A DNA stretch of 64,000 bases from Trichosphaerium sp. ATCC 40318 (Eukaryota; Protista; Tubulinea), in the NCBI GenBank assembly GCA_038496445.1, contig JALMLS010000520.1:124001-188000 (forward strand), read 5' to 3'. A program made the translations under genes and the position numbers. Below the pieces are notes generated by a model. That model was not told where the DNA came from. It did no database searches and worked only from the letters and a program-made list of their open reading frames with translations. Within the stretch, counting starts at the first letter, position 1, and each line of letters opens with the position of its first letter. Of this stretch, positions 62,510 to 64,000 are shown one piece after another.

Positions 62510-64000
62510 ATGTTACGCATCTCTACCATCGCCCGTCAAACTTCCAAGCCTGCACGCCGTCAAGCCCGCCATTATTCTTCAGGTTACATTTTCTACGCAG
62601 TACTCGTTACTTACAATGCTTTAGAGCCAAGTAAAGTCGGTTTTATCGGTCTTGGCCAAATGGGCGCTAGAATGGCTGCCAATTTGCTAAAGAAAGGCAA
62701 GAGCGTTGTAGTACGTTATTACACCTCGCAAAACTTTCCAAAATATTAACTGCTTAATACAGGGTTACGATATTAACGCACAAGCGCTTGAAGGATTAAA
62801 AGAACACGGTACCGAACTCTCCAACGCTAAAAGTCTTTTTTTTTTAATTCCATTCAAACTTGGCCATACTTTGACGCCTATTTCGCCTGTAATGGCACCA
62901 ACAAATTAGTGTAGCACACGCCATTAATTTACGCCGCTTTAGCGAGTTTTTTACGCATCTGTTTGCTTCATAACCGATTTTTATGAAAAAATATTAATCT
63001 ATTCTCTAGGAGGCACAGCTGCATCATCCCTTCGCGATTTTGCTGATTGTGATATTGTTGTTACAATGTTAACATCTAGTCCACATGTTAAAGCAGTTTA
63101 TTTGGAATCTGAAGATGCTCTTGTAAAAGTCCTCAAAAACAAAGCTTTGCTCATTGATGCTTCCACAATAGACCCTGGAGTAGCAAGAGCTGTTCATACA
63201 GCCATGGCAGATAAGGTACGACATTATTTCATTCACGTGTTGATATCAAGTCAACGTTACTCCCACATGCGCCTATGTGATACGTTTGTAAATGTAACGT
63301 GTCAAACAAGGAGAAATGACATTTTGTTTTCGATGCAAGATTTCCTTTTAAGTTTTAAGCTTTTGTGTTTATGTGTTGCCACTAGGGACACAAAATGGTT
63401 GACGCACCTGTTTCTGGTGGTGTACTAGGCGCAGAGAGTGGTACTTTGACGTTCATGTGTGGCGCACAAGATGCTGCTTTTGATCAAGCGAAACCAATCC
63501 TTGAACTTATGGGTAAAAATATTGTACACACAGGTGGTCCAGGAAACGGTCAAGGTACGTTCCTAGGGTTCTATATTGAAAGATTAGATAAATATTAACT
63601 TGACCTTTTTTTTATAGTGGCTAAAGTATGTAACAACTTGGCACTTGGTATTGAGATGGCTGGTATTGCTGAGGCAATGAACTTGGGTATAAAGCTTGGT
63701 ATGGATGCTAAGACGCTTGCTGGTATTTTCAATACATCATCAGCAAGATGCTGGAGTTCTGATACATACAACCCTGTACCAGGTGTTATTGATGTACGTC
63801 TCTAAACCTTTTTTTTTTTTCAAATTTATTTTTGTTGCTTCTTTGTTTGTTTTGAGCTTCTAGTGGCTGACGTTAATGAAATCAGGGTGTTCCAGCCAAT
63901 AAAGACTATGCTGGAGGTTTCGCTTCAAAGCTAATGGCAAAAGATCTTGGACTTGCAAACTCTGCTGCTAATGATAGTCAAGTACCTCTACCACTTGGTG
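62510..64000 (+). CDS. HIBADH: 3-hydroxyisobutyrate dehydrogenase, mitochondrial; truncated by the window end
   Basis: Arg-rich transit peptide; [17 protein letters not shown]; [21 protein letters not shown]; [13 protein letters not shown]; [16 protein letters not shown]; [17 protein letters not shown]. Confidence 0.95.

Noticed and set aside
1-64000. Alternative genetic code or stop-codon readthrough as the cause of the fragmented ORFs
   Set aside because: The breaks I traced are explained by short GT/GC-AG introns. Long intronless ORFs are open in the standard code, and TAA, TAG and TGA all end genes.

Overview
AT-rich, gene-dense genomic DNA of a microbial eukaryote; an amoebozoan-type protist is my best guess from gene content, not proven. 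It uses the standard genetic code and has many short (about 40-140 nt) spliceosomal introns, so the ORF track fragments most genes. About 21 protein-coding loci can be rebuilt by eye. Housekeeping genes: long-chain acyl-CoA synthetase, PUS1/TruA, RNF126-like E3, HIBADH and a CRAL-TRIO protein. Carbohydrate-active genes: a GH-like gene, a bacterial-type CBM6-DUF5060 protein and a GT-A glycosyltransferase. Six intron-poor F-box genes (LRR or MORN-variant type, resembling giant-virus repeat proteins) are interleaved among these. Two near-identical copies of a ~7.5 kb multi-exon surface-protein gene lie head to head. Other loci are an ankyrin + HYE ADP-ribosyltransferase + coiled-coil + TM-tail protein, a secreted JAB/MPN-motif protein and a small Cys-rich prepropeptide. 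The clearest novelty is a complete 2,120-bp piggyBac-superfamily transposon (41211-43330). Its transposase is intact with three introns, its ends read CTCTTTCT/AGAAAGAG, and its target-site duplication is 2 bp (AT) instead of TTAA, as shown by in-frame reconstruction of the F-box/MORN gene it interrupts. GC-AG introns with GCACGT donors and CACGTG motifs are unusually common. All gene models and family calls were made by eye without database searches.
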